A stretch of 63,708 nucleotides of DNA, filler included, from Vezdaea acicularis (Eukaryota): assembly GCA_026025075.1 (NCBI GenBank). It is 4 parts of 4 records of this genome, joined end to end, with 100 filler letters (N's around TTAATTAATTAA, not from the genome) between each part and the next. Parts side by side here need not be neighbours in the genome. Positions count along the whole stretch, not along the records: positions 1 to 19,914 come from JAPEUI010000199.1; positions 20,015 to 39,864 come from JAPEUI010000200.1; 2 more parts are not named here. One strand, 5' to 3'. Shown piece after piece: positions 12,605 through 26,340 of the stretch (position 1 is the stretch's first letter; each line of letters starts with the position of its first letter). Below the pieces are notes generated by a model that made no database searches, was not told where the DNA came from, and worked only from the letters and a program-made list of their open reading frames with translations. Position numbers and translations under genes: made by a program.

Positions 12605-13378
12605 AAATGCTCTTTATAACGCATGGCTAGACCATAGTAATACTTGCATATGCATTGTTAGTGTTAGCTGTTGGACGCATCTATCGTGATTTCAAAGCAA
12701 AGTAGAAATGATTTGAACCATATCTATGGGAATGGAAAGATCGCTATGGAATGAGGCACAAATGTTCCATTAGTTTGCTGTCTAGATTCACTAAGCGCGC
12801 TACCTTTCGGCATCAACTTCAATGCCTCGCCCGGACCATTGTGCCAGGATGATGATCCACCTGGATACGTTTCTATGGGTAATGTAATCACAAAATCTAC
12901 ATACCGATTACTCGTGCGTAGACTGGTATAATTCTCGTAATGAGTACTAAAAAAGCCCGGGGTCTAGCCCTGAAGTAGATTTACGCTTCTTATGTGTTAT
13001 TGTTGATATTTGAACACTTCCAGCCTCATTTTGAACGTTAAGAATGAGCTGAAGTTGAAGTTTTGGAACATCGCTTTCGGATACATCACAATAAGCTGGA
13101 CCTTGCCCCTTCGGTGCGACGATATATCGCAAGGCTAAGTGCACAGCCGGTTACGCATAGGCAGCGTACGATTTGTCCCCTTCGTGATGTCATACAACAA
13201 ATTTATAGGTTCGCCTTTAGAGGTAAGTGTTCAATCAATCATATCTGTCGAAGGATAAGAGACGCCACCCTCTTGGGTGCGTGATTTTAGAGAAGCCCTA
13301 TGACGCCTGTTCCCACCGAACTTGCCGGACCAAATCACCGATGCCTTGCAAGATGTACAACGTTGGCTTCGCTCCTAA

Positions 13379-16300
13379 TTACGCTACTCGAAGCCTTTCG
13401 AACTGCTTAATGCTACTCTCCCACTGTTGTGCTTCGGCCTCATATTCGCGCAGCTTATTACGTTCGGCCTCCTTAACTTCTTCGCTGACACTGGCTTGAT
13501 ATTTCTCTCCGCCGAGAATTCTGTTCTGCTTTATGATCGCTTCCTGAGCCTTAGCTAGCTTCTTCTGCGCCTTGCTAATCTCAGCATCCGCATCAACGCG
13601 CCCTTTAACGTAGAGGAAGACGGCCACAGAGCTGGAGACTGCAAAAACCACGCATCCTGATGGAGTGGAGTCACTGGGCGATAATACGTCAATGGCTGTG
13701 ACAGCCTTGCCGCAAAGGGATAGGATGGAATGCTTTTGGGCTGTAGCTGTCTGGAGGGCCGTGTCATGGTAGGCATGGACATATACTAGCGTACCTTAGT
13801 ATGGAGTTTTGCTAGGAAGAAATCAACTTACTTTTGCCTTCATCTTTGATGGCATATTCTGCCATCAGGGATCTAACGCCCTTCGCAACACCTATAACAA
13901 GCTCATATGCTGCTTCAGATGAGGGATCATTCAACTCTGCGGCGTATTGAGGGTAAGCCGCTTTGCAAATGGTGGAATTATTGTCTCCAGGACGTCGAGG
14001 CAATCGTTGCCATAGCTCTTCAGTGAGGAAAGGCATCATTGGGTGCATCATGGTGAGAGCGCCCTCGAGTACAGTGTACAGGGTATCTTTCGCAGATCGT
14101 TGTTCGCTAGGGGTACCGTCTTGAATCAGAGCCTTCGAATTTTCCTAACTAGGCGTTAGATCTAACTTTGATTCTAGTGATTGGGCCACTTACAATATAA
14201 ACGTCGCAAAGATGGTTGTACCAATACGCATACAATATTTCAGTAGAGCGGGAGAACATCCGAGCTTCAAGAGCTTCATTTACCTCTTTTGCTGCAATAG
14301 AAAACTTATGTAGAATCCATCGCTCTGCCAATGATTCTTTCCCAGTCTTCCGTACGACCTCTTGAGGAACGAAATCCTTATCAAGCTTTCCGAGAACATA
14401 TTTAGTTGCCTGATATATCTTATTACAGAACTTGCGGTTGGCATGAATTACCGAGATCGCTAAATTGATATCTCCACCTCCGGTTGTATATTGGACAAGA
14501 GAGAATCGAAGTGCATCGGCTCCACACTGCGGAATTCCGTCGGGAAATGAAACTTTTTGGAATTTTCTTGCTCTCTCGAGCTCTTTGGGGTCTAAGTTTC
14601 CCAAGAGGAGTTTATCGTGTAGAGCTTGAAGAGAGATGCCAGACACCACATCAAGAGGATCTACCACGTTGCCGAGGGACTTCGACATCTTCCGGCCTTC
14701 GGAATCCCTGACAAGGGGATGGCAATACACTTCTTTGAACGGGATTTGCTTCGTCATTTTTAGCCCAAGCATTACCATGCGTGCAACCCAAAAGAACAGA
14801 ATATCCCAGCCTGTCTCGAGTACTGAAGTCGGATAAAGACTTCCAAAGTCATGAGTCTTTTTAGGCCACCCTAAGGTAGAGAACGGCCATAAAGCAGAAG
14901 AAAACCACGTGTCGAGGACATCTGGATCTCTATTGAGGGTAAATGTCCGCCCAGGATATTTAGCTTTTGCTTTTGATTCGGCCTCTGCGCGCGTCCGGCC
15001 AGCGACCCATAATTCTCCATCACTATTGTTTCCGACGACTCCGTCAAGCTCAATGAAGTATGCAGGAACTTGGTGGCCCCACCAGAGCTGCCTTGATAGA
15101 CACCAGTCTTGAATATCTTTCATCCATCTCATATAATTTTTCTCGGCGGAGCTAGGGCGAATAACTATCTCACCCTTCTCAACTACATCAGCCGCTGCGT
15201 CTGCTAGATCTCGCATCTTCATCCACCATTGTGGCCTAATGATTGGTTCAATGACATCCTTTGATCTGGAACAAAGGGGGATTTTCATAGGATTATCTTC
15301 TTTCTTAACATAGAGGCCCTTCTCCTTTAAGGCTTCAACGATTGTGTACCTAACGTCGAACCTCTTTTGTCCCTTAAATTTGCCAGTGTGAGCGTTCATA
15401 GTCCCGTCGTCGTTGAGTACGTTGATAAACTCAAGCTTGTGGCGAAGCCCAAGCGCGAAGTCATTCGGATCATGCGCTGGGGTGATCTTGACAGCACCTG
15501 TTCCGAATTCGGGGTCAACGTAGTCATCAGCAACAATAGGTATTAAGCGGTCGACGAAAGGGTGTCTTGCAAATTTGCCTAGAAGATGCTTGTAGCGTTC
15601 ATCGTTGGGATGGACTGCGATAGCGGTGTCCCCTAGCATGGTTTCTGGCCGTGTTGTCGCGACTTCGATATTCTCCTCCATACCATCCATCTCGTAACTG
15701 AAGTGAGTCAAGACACCGAATTCAACCTTCCTATCGTATCCAGGTACGTCTAGCAATGTCCGGCCTTCTATCTCCTTGTTATCGACCTCTAGGTTGGAAA
15801 GTGCCGTGTTAAGTATAGTACACCAGTTGACGAGACGATTCGCACGGTAGATGATGCCTTCTTCATGTAATTTGACAAAAGTCTCCGTGACAGCAGCAGA
15901 TAGGTTTTCGTCCATGGTGAAAGCTTCTCTTGTCCAGTCAAATGACCCTCCCATGCGTCTATGGCTGTTATTGATCTTTTGATGGTAGCTAGTTTTACGG
16001 TGAGTACACTTACAAATCCACTGGAATTAGCTGTGGACGTACTCTTCCTTCCACTCCCAGATCAGTTCCGTAAATTTCTCTCTGCCAAGATCATGTCTCG
16101 ATTTGTTCTCCTTTCGCCGCAGTGTATTCTCAACGACTGTCTGCGTCGCAATACCCGCGTGATCGCACCCTGGTAGCCAAAGCGTCGTTAGGCCCTTCAT
16201 TCTGTTCCTAACCATTCATCAGCATGACTATGAAGTTGAGGGACTGGGTTTCCCACCATCTTATCATTGTGTCTTGTAATGCACCAGTAAGAGCATGTCC

Positions 16301-17105
16301 AATATGTAGAGCTCCCGTGACATTAGGTGGAGGAACTGGAATGACGAAGTAGCCTTTATCTTTTACTTTCCCATCGGCTTTGAACTCAGGCTTAAAGAAA
16401 CCTTCCTTTTCCCACCAGGAATACCATGCAGATTCGACAGCTATGGGATCATATGCCTTGAAATGAGGGTCCTCGAAGGGTTTGAGGACTATGTTTTTGT
16501 TAACAAACAATCTTGAGCCAGCATAATGTTCCAGCTATCGTACTCTTCTTATCTCCGAGGGGAGTATCTTCCTCATAATCGGGTAGCTTTTGCTCCCCAG
16601 CAGCTTTAGCCTTAGATTTCTTCTCTGCATTCTTGGAAGCCGCAATGGACACAGAACTTGTTAGTCTAGCTTGCTTCTCGGCAAATTTCTTGTCCTTTTC
16701 ACTTTTCTTGCGTTCCTTCTCTACTACGCCCTATTGTCAGTCAAGAGCTAGATATCGTTTTGTTTGACATAAGTTTAACACATACATTCTTTGGCAGTTT
16801 TTGGTTTGTTCTCTGCTTTGTCAATTGTTGGAACATTCGCGTGTGACCCTTGGGTCTGTTCCGCGTTATCCACCGTAGGGCCCGAGTAACTACTGTGCGT
16901 CTGCGTGGCTGCTGGAGCAGTTATGCTGGCTTCTCCGTCGTGTTCTAGGCGAAACATGAGTTACCATTGGCTTTGTATGGATATGGTGGTAAAACTCACT
17001 ATTTGCACTGTTCGACAGGTTTGTCGTCATTTTGATGGCTCGAATTTGTGTAGTGGGAAGTGCAGCTGACAACCTTGATATTCGAAACGTGAGTCGGAGA
17101 ACCAT
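13379..17105 (-). CDS. VAS1: Valyl-tRNA synthetase
   Basis: [13 protein letters not shown] (HIGH), [25 protein letters not shown]; multi-exon; two candidate in-frame starts (17105, 17030). Confidence 0.96.
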
Positions 17106-17288
17106 AGGAGCTTCATGAAAAGCTTCCCACAGCGCTGGACTTGAAGGTGACTCAAGCATGCATTTTCCGCACATCTGTGGTTCGCTTATTCCTTAGCGGC
17201 GGGCTCTTCTAAGATTGTGAATTGCTTCTTTCGTCTCTTTTTGGGGAGGTCTTTCCTGGAAAGTTGTACAGGATGCAGCAAGTACGCC

Positions 17289-19134
17289 ATGAGCTTCTCA
17301 TACAAGCATGTAGGGCGATCGAGTCGAAACCACTTTGTCGAACCTCCACCTCTGATCGAGCGGGTTGTAAATGCAGCACCTGTCGGTCTCCCGATTGAGC
17401 TCGGCAGGCCACCGATGATGCTTGAAAACTTTATTTCTACATGTTCGCCCCAAATACTGCAAACTTTTCGAAGTGCGCAGAAATGGCTCGCAAGCAGAAG
17501 AATCCGGAGCCTGCCGAATGTTTTGATAATCCTCTGGCTCATTCTACTATATTGGGGGGAAATTCTTGTTTTTAGGCAAAGCGTTGCGGCATGCCACTGG
17601 TCGAACTGGGAGCAATGGGTAAGACGGACTGCCACTGAAACGTAGTGAATCTGCTGTGGAATAATCTAACTGTGATTAGGGTTCCAATGCTCGCCCCCAC
17701 CATTTAATACTTGTCGCAGACCCCCAGCTCGTTGATCCTCACACATATCCTGGTCGGCCCTGGCCACTTTCAACGTTCACCGTTCATCATACCGATCTAT
17801 ACCTTCGACGTTCCTACTCGCTCTTACAAGATAGGCTACAACCTGACACTGTTTTTTTTCTTGGTGACTTGTTTGATGGAGGCAGAGAGTGGTCTACAGA
17901 TGATCTTAAGAAGAATGGCGAATGGGCTAAATACGGAGAGACCTTCTGGCTAGAGGAATACAACAGATTCGGTCAAATTTTCTTTGGTAGGCGCAATGAA
18001 ATCGCACTTACATCAGGCACGGAGGACAGGGGGAAAAAGGTCATTGCAAGCTTGCCAGGTAACCATGACCTTGGCATTGGCGTTGGGGTTAAGAAAGTGG
18101 TGAGGGATCGCTTTTATGCCTACTTCGGAGATGGCAATCGCGTCGACATAGTGGGGAACCATACATTTGTATCTGTTGACACCGTTTCTCTAAGCGCAAT
18201 GGGACAGTCCGACCCTTTGACAGCTAGCCAGGGTGCGGGCTTGGGAGATGGACCACCTTCTAGCGGCGAGATGATCTGGAAGCCTGTAAAGGAATTCTTG
18301 GATCGGGTAAAACTCATGAAGAAAGAAGCAGTTGCGAGGGAGCTAAGATACCTGAACGGGGACGATGCATTTGGAACTCTCGACCATGATCTGCTCGACC
18401 TGACGGACGAAGCCAATGAGCGCGAGTATAGTCAGACCATCCCAAGAAATGCCGAATTTCCTACGATCTTGCTCACGCACGTACCTCTGTACCGGGCAGG
18501 AGGTACACCATGCGGCCCACTACGGGAGCATTGGCCGCCATCAAAACCCCCGAAGGGACAAGCTACACCGCTGGATCATGATGATCGAAACGCAATCGCT
18601 GTCCGAGGCGGCTATCAATATCAAAATGTCTTGACACCGGACATTTCTAAGGAGCTAATAACTAAAATTGGCGGCGTACAGCAAGTTTTTTCGGGGGACG
18701 ACCACGACTATTGTGAAGTCATCCATAAAAGCTACACGTCAAGCACCACGGGGAAAGCGCCAAGCGGAATAAGGGAGATCACTGTCAAGTCGATCTCCTG
18801 GGCGATGGGAGTGAGAAAACCAGGATTTCTTATGATGAGTCTTTGGAACCCTGTTGATGAGGTAGGAAAGCCAATAGAAGCTTCACTTACTAGTCAAGAC
18901 GTCTCCTACAGCAAGGCTGGCACAATCCAGACACATCTTTGCCTCTTACCTGATCAATTGAGTATCTTCATCAGATACGGAATGATGGGCGTTTTCACAG
19001 TCATGACTTTAGCCATACGCGCAATCTACAGTGCGGTCACCGGTACAGGAGCATTCAATGAGACTCATCGGGCAACTTATCCCTTGTTACCTTTGACCGA
19101 ACGGTTGAAAGTATCTAGGCGTAAGGATGCATAA
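17289..19134 (+). CDS. CDC1: Cdc1-like Mn-dependent metallophosphoesterase (GPI remodelling)
   Basis: LVADPQLVD, FFLGDLFDGGREW, LPGNHD, LLTHVPL, FSGDDHDYCE, SWAMG; intron about 17619-17679. Confidence 0.88.
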
Positions 19135-19795
19135 CTATGTTATGAAATCTACCTGTGAATACCTGTGGCAAGATTGTGGCGTATATGTTATGGGAAGCTT
19201 ACCAATGTAAATATAGTACTTGTACGATGCAAAGATAGGTCGTCGAAAGGCGTATTACTTGGATTGGGATTTCAAAATCTTGGACGAAGGTTATTCATGT
19301 GCCGCAGGGGGTTAAAGACCCACTCCCATAATCATAATCACTTCAGAACCAAAAAATGGTCGGTCACAAAGCACCAAAGCATTTCGAAACCCCTGCTGCT
19401 GCTGCTGTACAAGACAAGGCACAAAAATAGATATTAGATGTAGATATGGATAAACTGTTTCTTTAGTATAGACTGCGTCCATGAGCTCCTTATTCCCTGC
19501 TTATACCCAGTGATGTACGCGGGTCCTCCTGTCAAGCTGCAGTAGTGCGCTCGCACCTATTCGTTGCGTAGGGTCAGGGGTTAGGGCGAGACAACAACAC
19601 TCGCTTATAAGACGCATAAATTGACAAATTTTTACGTAAGCAATAAGCGAGGGGGGGAGCCATTTGCTGCATAGAACTGGCAATAAGATCGAAAGTTAAG
19701 CTTAAATGCTTGACAAAGTCCACTCACTTGTAATTCAAGCTTGGGTGATTGCATCTGTGCCTGCGTGGGTGTTGAATTCGGAGCTCTAAGCGTTT

Positions 19796-19914
19796 TTAGG
19801 GTTAGGGTTAGGGTTAGGGTTAGGGTTAGGGTTAGGGTTAGGGTTAGGGTTAGGGTTAGGGTTAGGGTTAGGGTTAGGGTTAGGGTTAGGGTTAGGGTTA
19901 GGGTTAGGGTTAGG
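19796..19914 (+). repeat. Telomeric (TTAGGG)n tract, about 20 copies, at contig end
   Basis: Perfect TTAGGG array, G-rich strand running 5'->3' toward the contig end. Confidence 0.97.
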
Positions 19915-20014
19915 NNNNNNNNNNNNNNNNNNNNNNNNNNNNNNNNNNNNNNNNNNNNTTAATTAATTAANNNNNNNNNNNNNNNNNNNNNNNNNNNNNN
20001 NNNNNNNNNNNNNN
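19915..20014. other. Artificial contig linker (N...TTAATTAATTAA...N)
   Basis: 100-nt N spacer carrying a six-frame stop oligo. Confidence 0.98.
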
Positions 20015-21059
20015 GTATGATTCATACATCCTGCTGAACCCTGGATCTTGGGCTGATGAAGATGCAGATTTTGAAAGCTGTGCACAAGATAGCGGATCAT
20101 TCGCTTCTCAGCCAGAGAACGAAGAAGATCGACGTATTCCTCGTAATTGCAGCCATCTGCACTGCGGTCAATGGAGCACTTCGAATTAATATGTAAGTTA
20201 ACTTCTTAAACTCCGTGAATATGCACTCACCATATCTGTACAGTTTTATCTCTCTCGGCTTCTACGGCATCTTTTACTCTTTCACGGCGCGCCGCCTCTG
20301 GATCCCTGCGGCAATTCTCTGGATAATGCAATATGTTGGCTTCGCTCTCTTCGTCGTCTTCCGAGGCTTCCCATCACCAGTCTCCCTCGCACTCGGTATA
20401 GCCACCACACCTTCACTTATCAACCTCTTTGTACTTGGTCTTGTTACTGGTAGTCTCTCTTTTGGAGGCGCATATACTGCGATACCGTTTGTTCAAGTTG
20501 AGGCGGTGCTCAAGGGCGGCTGGCTTCCGCAGAGTGTGTTTATTGACTGCATCGCTATCGGGAATATATTGCCAGCTCCTTTGGTCATCTTTGCTACCTT
20601 TGTTGGATTTCAGGGTGGACTGAAAGAGGGTTTAGGGAATGCTTTTGCTGGAGCGGTTATCATTACCCTTGGGATGTTCTTCCCTTGTTTCCTATTTACG
20701 ATTGCAGGGCATAGCTTATTAGAAAAATTGGTTCGGAATAAGGTATGTTCTAGCGTCATCTTAAAGCTTCATATTCCCTGCTCTTTCAACCATTTCTAAC
20801 GCAGCAGCTTTAGCTTCTCTCAACTTTCTTTGACGGTCTCTGCGGCGCGGTAGTTGGCGTAATTGCCATTATCGCGGTACAGATTCTCCAGTCCAGCGTT
20901 CAGGGACGTCCTAAGTCAGATATGCAAGCTGCCCAGACCGGGCCTGCTGCTGTCCTTTACATGCTTGCATTAGCTGTGCTCTATAAGTTTACTAATAAAT
21001 GGACACCATTGGTCCTATTAGCCTGTGGTGCGATCGCCGGGCAATTTTTGTTTGTATAG
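20015..21059 (+). CDS. Chromate ion transporter (CHR/ChrA family), 5'-partial
   Basis: GSLSFGGAYTAIPF, WLPQSVFIDCIAIGNILPAPLVIFATFVG; two introns; ends GQFLFV*. Confidence 0.9.
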
Positions 21060-22058
21060 GCAAAACGAAATGCAAAGCAGGGTTCCAATAGCTTAATGGA
21101 TAGACTTGTTATGAATCTAAACAAGTTGAACATTGCGATTATCAAATGAGTGATCCGCAAGAATTGGGCATTAGTGTGGAATTCTCGCACCCTCACCGAA
21201 TTGCAATAGATGTAGGCGTCTTTGGCTTCTGGCTCCCCATCAACGCGGATCAGAGTCTCACCCATCTTAATTAGAAGATGTCTCCGTGGGTCTGACGCCA
21301 CCAGGACCGTCGTTCTAGGTAGGATTGAAGTCTTCTCAGAACGCTAGCAGAGCTGGCTGATCCCTCATTTGGGGACGAGGATTCTGGGACTCTCTCGATC
21401 CGAACAACAGTAGGCAGGTGAGGGAGGTGGTATAAGAAGGGTTCGACAGAACAGAGTGAGCACACGAGCTTCACAACGATTCGAGTGAACCTCAGCCGTC
21501 ATCCTTTCACAGTCTGCGGGGTAAGGGTCAGCATGCAACGCTTCCGCGATTGCAGGGCATTCCCGTACCGCGGAGCCTATCTAATGGAAGGACAAGGACG
21601 AGTAATTGAGACTAGTCACTCATGTCTCGTTGAAGACGAAGTCTGGATTGGGGTGTATGGAAACACGACCCTTGTGGTCATGGATGAGGGGGAAATGACG
21701 AGCGCATGTGCTAGATACACGCAAGAAATGCGGGAAATATTTCTTTCTTAAGGACAAAACCCTAGAAAGCTGAAGATATCGAACTCCTAGTGCGTTTCCT
21801 CACGAAAAGTTCGAGCCTCAACTGATGCATAGGTTTACAAGTATCATCTTGACGAACGTACTGCTTACTGCTTGCCGGACTATCCTTGCTCATGCATGAG
21901 AGTTTGCCAAGCGAAACCCGGTCTAACAATGTTCGAAGACGAAACCAACCAAGTGTGCGCCAATGCTATTTACAGTCAATCGTAACTCTTCCAGATATCG
22001 TGTGGAACTCTCATATGATATAGTACATCCTCATTGACCTCTTAACTTAATCCTTGGC

Positions 22059-22467
22059 ATGGGCTTCACAACAGGCTTCGTACGGTTCCCGTTCTCCTTC
22101 ATTCCATCCTCCCCGACTAACATCCCGTTAGATAGCAGGCCTCACTCTTCCTCTCCTAATCGCCTCCCTCTCCCTATCTACACACCTATCGAACAGATAC
22201 CAACAACGCCAAGTCCTCCGTCAACAAGCCCTCCTCCTAACCTCGACCATCGACCGTGATTTGCACGACTACCATTTGCCGGAGCGGCCAGCGCGGCAGG
22301 AGTACGAGGGTGTAGATAGGATCTTGGAGAGCGCGAAGGAGAGGTGGAATAGCGAGGTTAGGGGCATTGTCAGATGGGCACAGAATGTGGATCTAGGGAA
22401 TGTGGGAAGGGAAGTCGACGGTATAGTTAGGGGAGTGTGGGAGAGGGTTAGGAGAGCAGGAGAGTGA
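22059..22467 (+). CDS. MIC12: MICOS complex subunit Mic12/Aim5-like
   Basis: Splicing 22080-22131 gives MGFTTGFIAGLTLPLL...ESAKERWNSEVRGIVRWAQNVD, the pattern of fungal Mic12. Confidence 0.75.
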
Positions 22468-23534
22468 TAGGAAAGACTCTAAAGATCGTGATCACGAGGA
22501 ACGTCTATGAGGATTGAGGTTTCTCTACTTGTGGGATCTAATAATAGGTCTGGCCGCGTTGATACGGTCACAGCAGCGAACTTTTTGCGGTCTAAATGAG
22601 TTGTTACTTCCCCTAGAAGAAATTAAGAGAATCTCAAGCGAAGACGATTCCGCTGTTAAACACGCAGACTCCAGTTCCGGTAAAGGTTGACCCCTTGGAG
22701 AAAGCAAAACGCAACGCCATTCCAGCTCTTAATCTATGAAAACATTTCTCTACAAAACCGGGACAGCTAGAAATACATATGCGAAAACGAGTTGACCATG
22801 ATTCAGACCCGTCGCCCAAAATGTCGAGATATCGCCTGACATGGCAATAGCGTTGGGAAATCCTACGAATAATCAGTGTGCGGTCAAGGCAGAGAACTAT
22901 CTAGGTTGTGTCACTGCTTGACATCACTGTGCCTTCTTCAACACTGGCAAATCAACGCCGAGTAACGCTACATATTCTACGGAGTATGAGGTCTACTACT
23001 TGGGGTTAGGACAGGCATCTTTGGAAGTTGAGCTACAAGAGTGGGCTAATGTTCTTGCTTCGGACAAGCCGAATAGAAAGTCTATGTGTCCGGACAGCCA
23101 AATAGTCTGGTCTAATCCGGTATGGTGTAACACTGGGGAAGCTCTCGCAAACGCTTTTGCAATTCTCAGGTCCACCTCTGGACACTTGAATATTAAATAT
23201 GTAAAACAAAGCCATATATCATAATTTTATCAATTTCACTGGAAAGAGTTAAAGCAGTACTATCATGGATTCTATGATTTAATCTCAGGTCTACTCCCGG
23301 TCCTATTTTGATCCCAAGCCGAGACTCCCAACCATGCGAATGTTAGTAGTCGCAATGCATTGCATGCTTAAGCCTAGAAATCATCAACACCGTTTTCATC
23401 ATCATATCCCACTCGCTCGCGCCAACGCGATATGCAGTGAGAAGAACACACTATGCGGCAGCACGGTATTGCAGAACTCTGGCGGTTAGAAACGCGAGAT
23501 CCTATCCACGTGAGCACATATCTAGCCTTTCTAA

Positions 23535-26340
23535 TTACCCATTGGGCTGATCTCCAACTTTTGTTTCTGGCCCTGTCTTTTTCTCCTTTGACCTCGGTGG
23601 TGTCTTAGTCGCCGCACTTTTGGTAATGTTGTTCTGCACAAGTCCGGTTGAGTTATGATCTGTGCCTGCGCTAGGACCGCCGGGCTGGCCTGTAAAAGTC
23701 GGCTTTGGTGGTAGGCTGGCAGGAGTTGGCCAACTCAAGATAGAGGCTTGTCCTGTAGGCGGTGGATGTGGCTGTTGAGTGGCCATTGCTGGCGTGAAAG
23801 ATGGCTTCGGTAGACCATTTTGATTGAACTTATTCGTGGTATGCACCTGTGGCTGGCGAGGCGGGTTGTACCCAGGTGAAGAAGACGTACTGGAGTTCCC
23901 TCTTATCATACCATGTCCCGTTTGTGGGCTTCCCATATATTGAGGACCCATAGGCGACCGGGAATTAGGACGATACGGAAAATTGCCACCAGAATAAGAG
24001 TGCGACTGAGGGTATCCTGCGTTAGGAATAAAGCTCTGACTCTGTGGGTTAAACACGTTGCGATTGAAGCTACCAGGGAGGGGATGTTGATGCCGTTGAG
24101 AAGAGAAATTCGCACTTGGGGGTTGTCCATGGGCAAAATAGCCTTGTGATCCGTTTTTCGGATACTGTATGTAGTTCTCCATGACCCTGTTAGGTGACTG
24201 TGAAGATCCATATGGCGTAAATTGCCCTTGATACTGGTTCGGGTATGCAGAATAATCCCATTGCTGACTGGAATGCTGGGAGTGAGGGCGTGAATGATTA
24301 GGCGAGGCCATCCTGTTCGGTGTCGGCATTTCAGGCATTGACATCGGTGGGGGGTAGAAGTTTGGCATCTGATTCCCATTCTGATAACCCATGTTTTGAG
24401 GGAGCGGTTGTGGACAATACGCTATAGAAGATATTTGATTGGGCCCTATCCCTCCCGGATTACTGATATGGTGCGTCTGATAATTCTGTGCTGTATGTTG
24501 ATAGACGGCTTGCCCGTCCATATCATACACGGGATCCGCATACGCTGGGAACGACATAGTGTTACCGATCGAGCTTTGTATCATGTGTTGGTATCCCAGC
24601 TGCTCAGGCTGTGTTTGATAGGGTCCATAGGAGACGTTGCCGCTTTCAGGAGGGGGCTGGAAAGTAGTGTTGGGATAGAATGCTGGCACGAATTGCGATC
24701 GCGCCTCAAAGCTGTCGTCTTTGGGCTTCTTCTGCCACTTTCCGCCTTTTCGGTTGCCAGTGGCCGAGCTCGACCGAGAAGATTCCTTGCCTTCAACGGT
24801 AGCTCCTTCAGCAGTGGAGTCAGCCTTCTCTTCAAAGCCTTTGAAAATCCGCTCCCTGGCTTCCTTGTATTTAGCTTCCCGCTCCTCTCGTGTCAAGGAA
24901 GCTTTGTCCTTGCCAGCTGCTGAGTCAGTCCTAGACTGGACGCCGTCTTTGAGGCATTCTCCAGCTTCATCAAACCCAGCATCTGACGTAGTCTTTGACG
25001 GTCCGTCGGAATTTGAGGTAGACGTGGAACCATTGTCAGGATTGACCACTCCTTTCTTCGCCATGACTCTCTGCATTATTTTCATTGACGGTGCATTTGG
25101 GGGTGGGGTATTTCCCGAAGTTGGAGGATTAGAAATCCCCGTTAGGGGGGGAGGGCTGACGATAAGTTAGCGAACATAAGTCTCAGTAGAAGCTAATTCG
25201 GAAACCCACAGGCGGCAAAATGGCGTCCGATATACTCGAACTTGCATCTGCGGATCCACAAAGTGTGTGAGGAAATAATAGTCCGCCAGCTTATGAATGA
25301 GAAGCCTATTGAACGAATTTTGTTGTGGGAAGTCGATTGAAGCTTCACTATATGACGGGAGTCAGCAAATTAAACAAGTACGGCTACGGCTGACGCATAC
25401 GTTGAATCTTTGACAAACTCTATCAGATCTTGTTCTAATCTTAACAGAAATAGCCGGTCTTTAGGCGTTTCCAAAGCCTCGAGTAATTTCTCGTCGGGAT
25501 CCTGTCGAGTAAAGCCTAGCGGAATAGTCGGAGGGGTTATGGCAGGCTGAGCTGGTGGTGAAGCACGGATTTCAGGTGTGCCTGGCACAACTGAAGACTG
25601 GAGGACAATTGGAACCCGAGCCGCAGCAGCACCTTGTGGACCCATTCTTTCTGAGATCTCGTTGAATTGAGCACGAAATGCTCGGCCGCCTGTTTCAGAC
25701 CCCACTCTTGAGCTTGCTGTAATGGACCCAGATATAGAAAAGGCGTCTTCATCATCTACGGCTTTCAGGCTAGCACTGTCATCAGGTCGAAGAGATTCCT
25801 TTTCATCCATGGCAAATGTCGTTCCCGATGTGACACTCTTCCCATCTAGGCTTGGAGGCTTAGTTGGAGAAGTGGAGAGTTGAGTCGTGGTAGCTTTCTC
25901 ATCTTCAGAAGTAGAGTCGGCTTTGGCGATGCTATTGCTGCTAGTTTTAGGCATTTTGATACCCTGAACAATAGTACTAGTTGTATTACCCGACATTTGG
26001 ATTACTTTGACAGCATTTTCCAACCCTTGCACGCTGTTGTTCGCAGAGCTTGGAGTATTTTGAGTAGATGCGTTCGTCTTTGAGTGGTTAACGATCAAAG
26101 GTAAGACGACCGAGGAAGAAATAGAGGGTTTCTGAGCAATCTCTGCCTTGACTGTAGCAGCAGAGTTCATTAAATTTGCGCCTGCGCCCTGCACAGATCT
26201 TTTCTGAATGACTGAAGCGTATGACTAGAGAAGGATATACCCTATGAGCTTGATGATTATTACAGAGTTGGGTGCCTTACTGGTTGCGGGTGGTGTGGAC
26301 TCATCCCAGGGGATCTTGCTGACCACACAGTTTCCGACAT
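23535..26340 (-). CDS. R3H + SUZ domain RNA-binding protein
   Basis: PDEKLLEALETPKDRLFLL, NSFNRLLIHKLADYY (R3H), TREEREAKYKEARERIF (SUZ), Q/P-rich tail; start uncertain (26340 or 26304). Confidence 0.85.

Noticed and set aside
19741..19962. ORF with (RV)n repeat
   Set aside because: Translation of the telomere tract running into Ns
21060..22050. Short ORFs and intron-like signals on the minus strand between the CHR transporter and MIC12
   Set aside because: Could not assemble a credible protein or RNA model
22500..23300. Broken plus-strand ORF fragments, possible pseudogene
   Set aside because: No recognisable family; insufficient evidence
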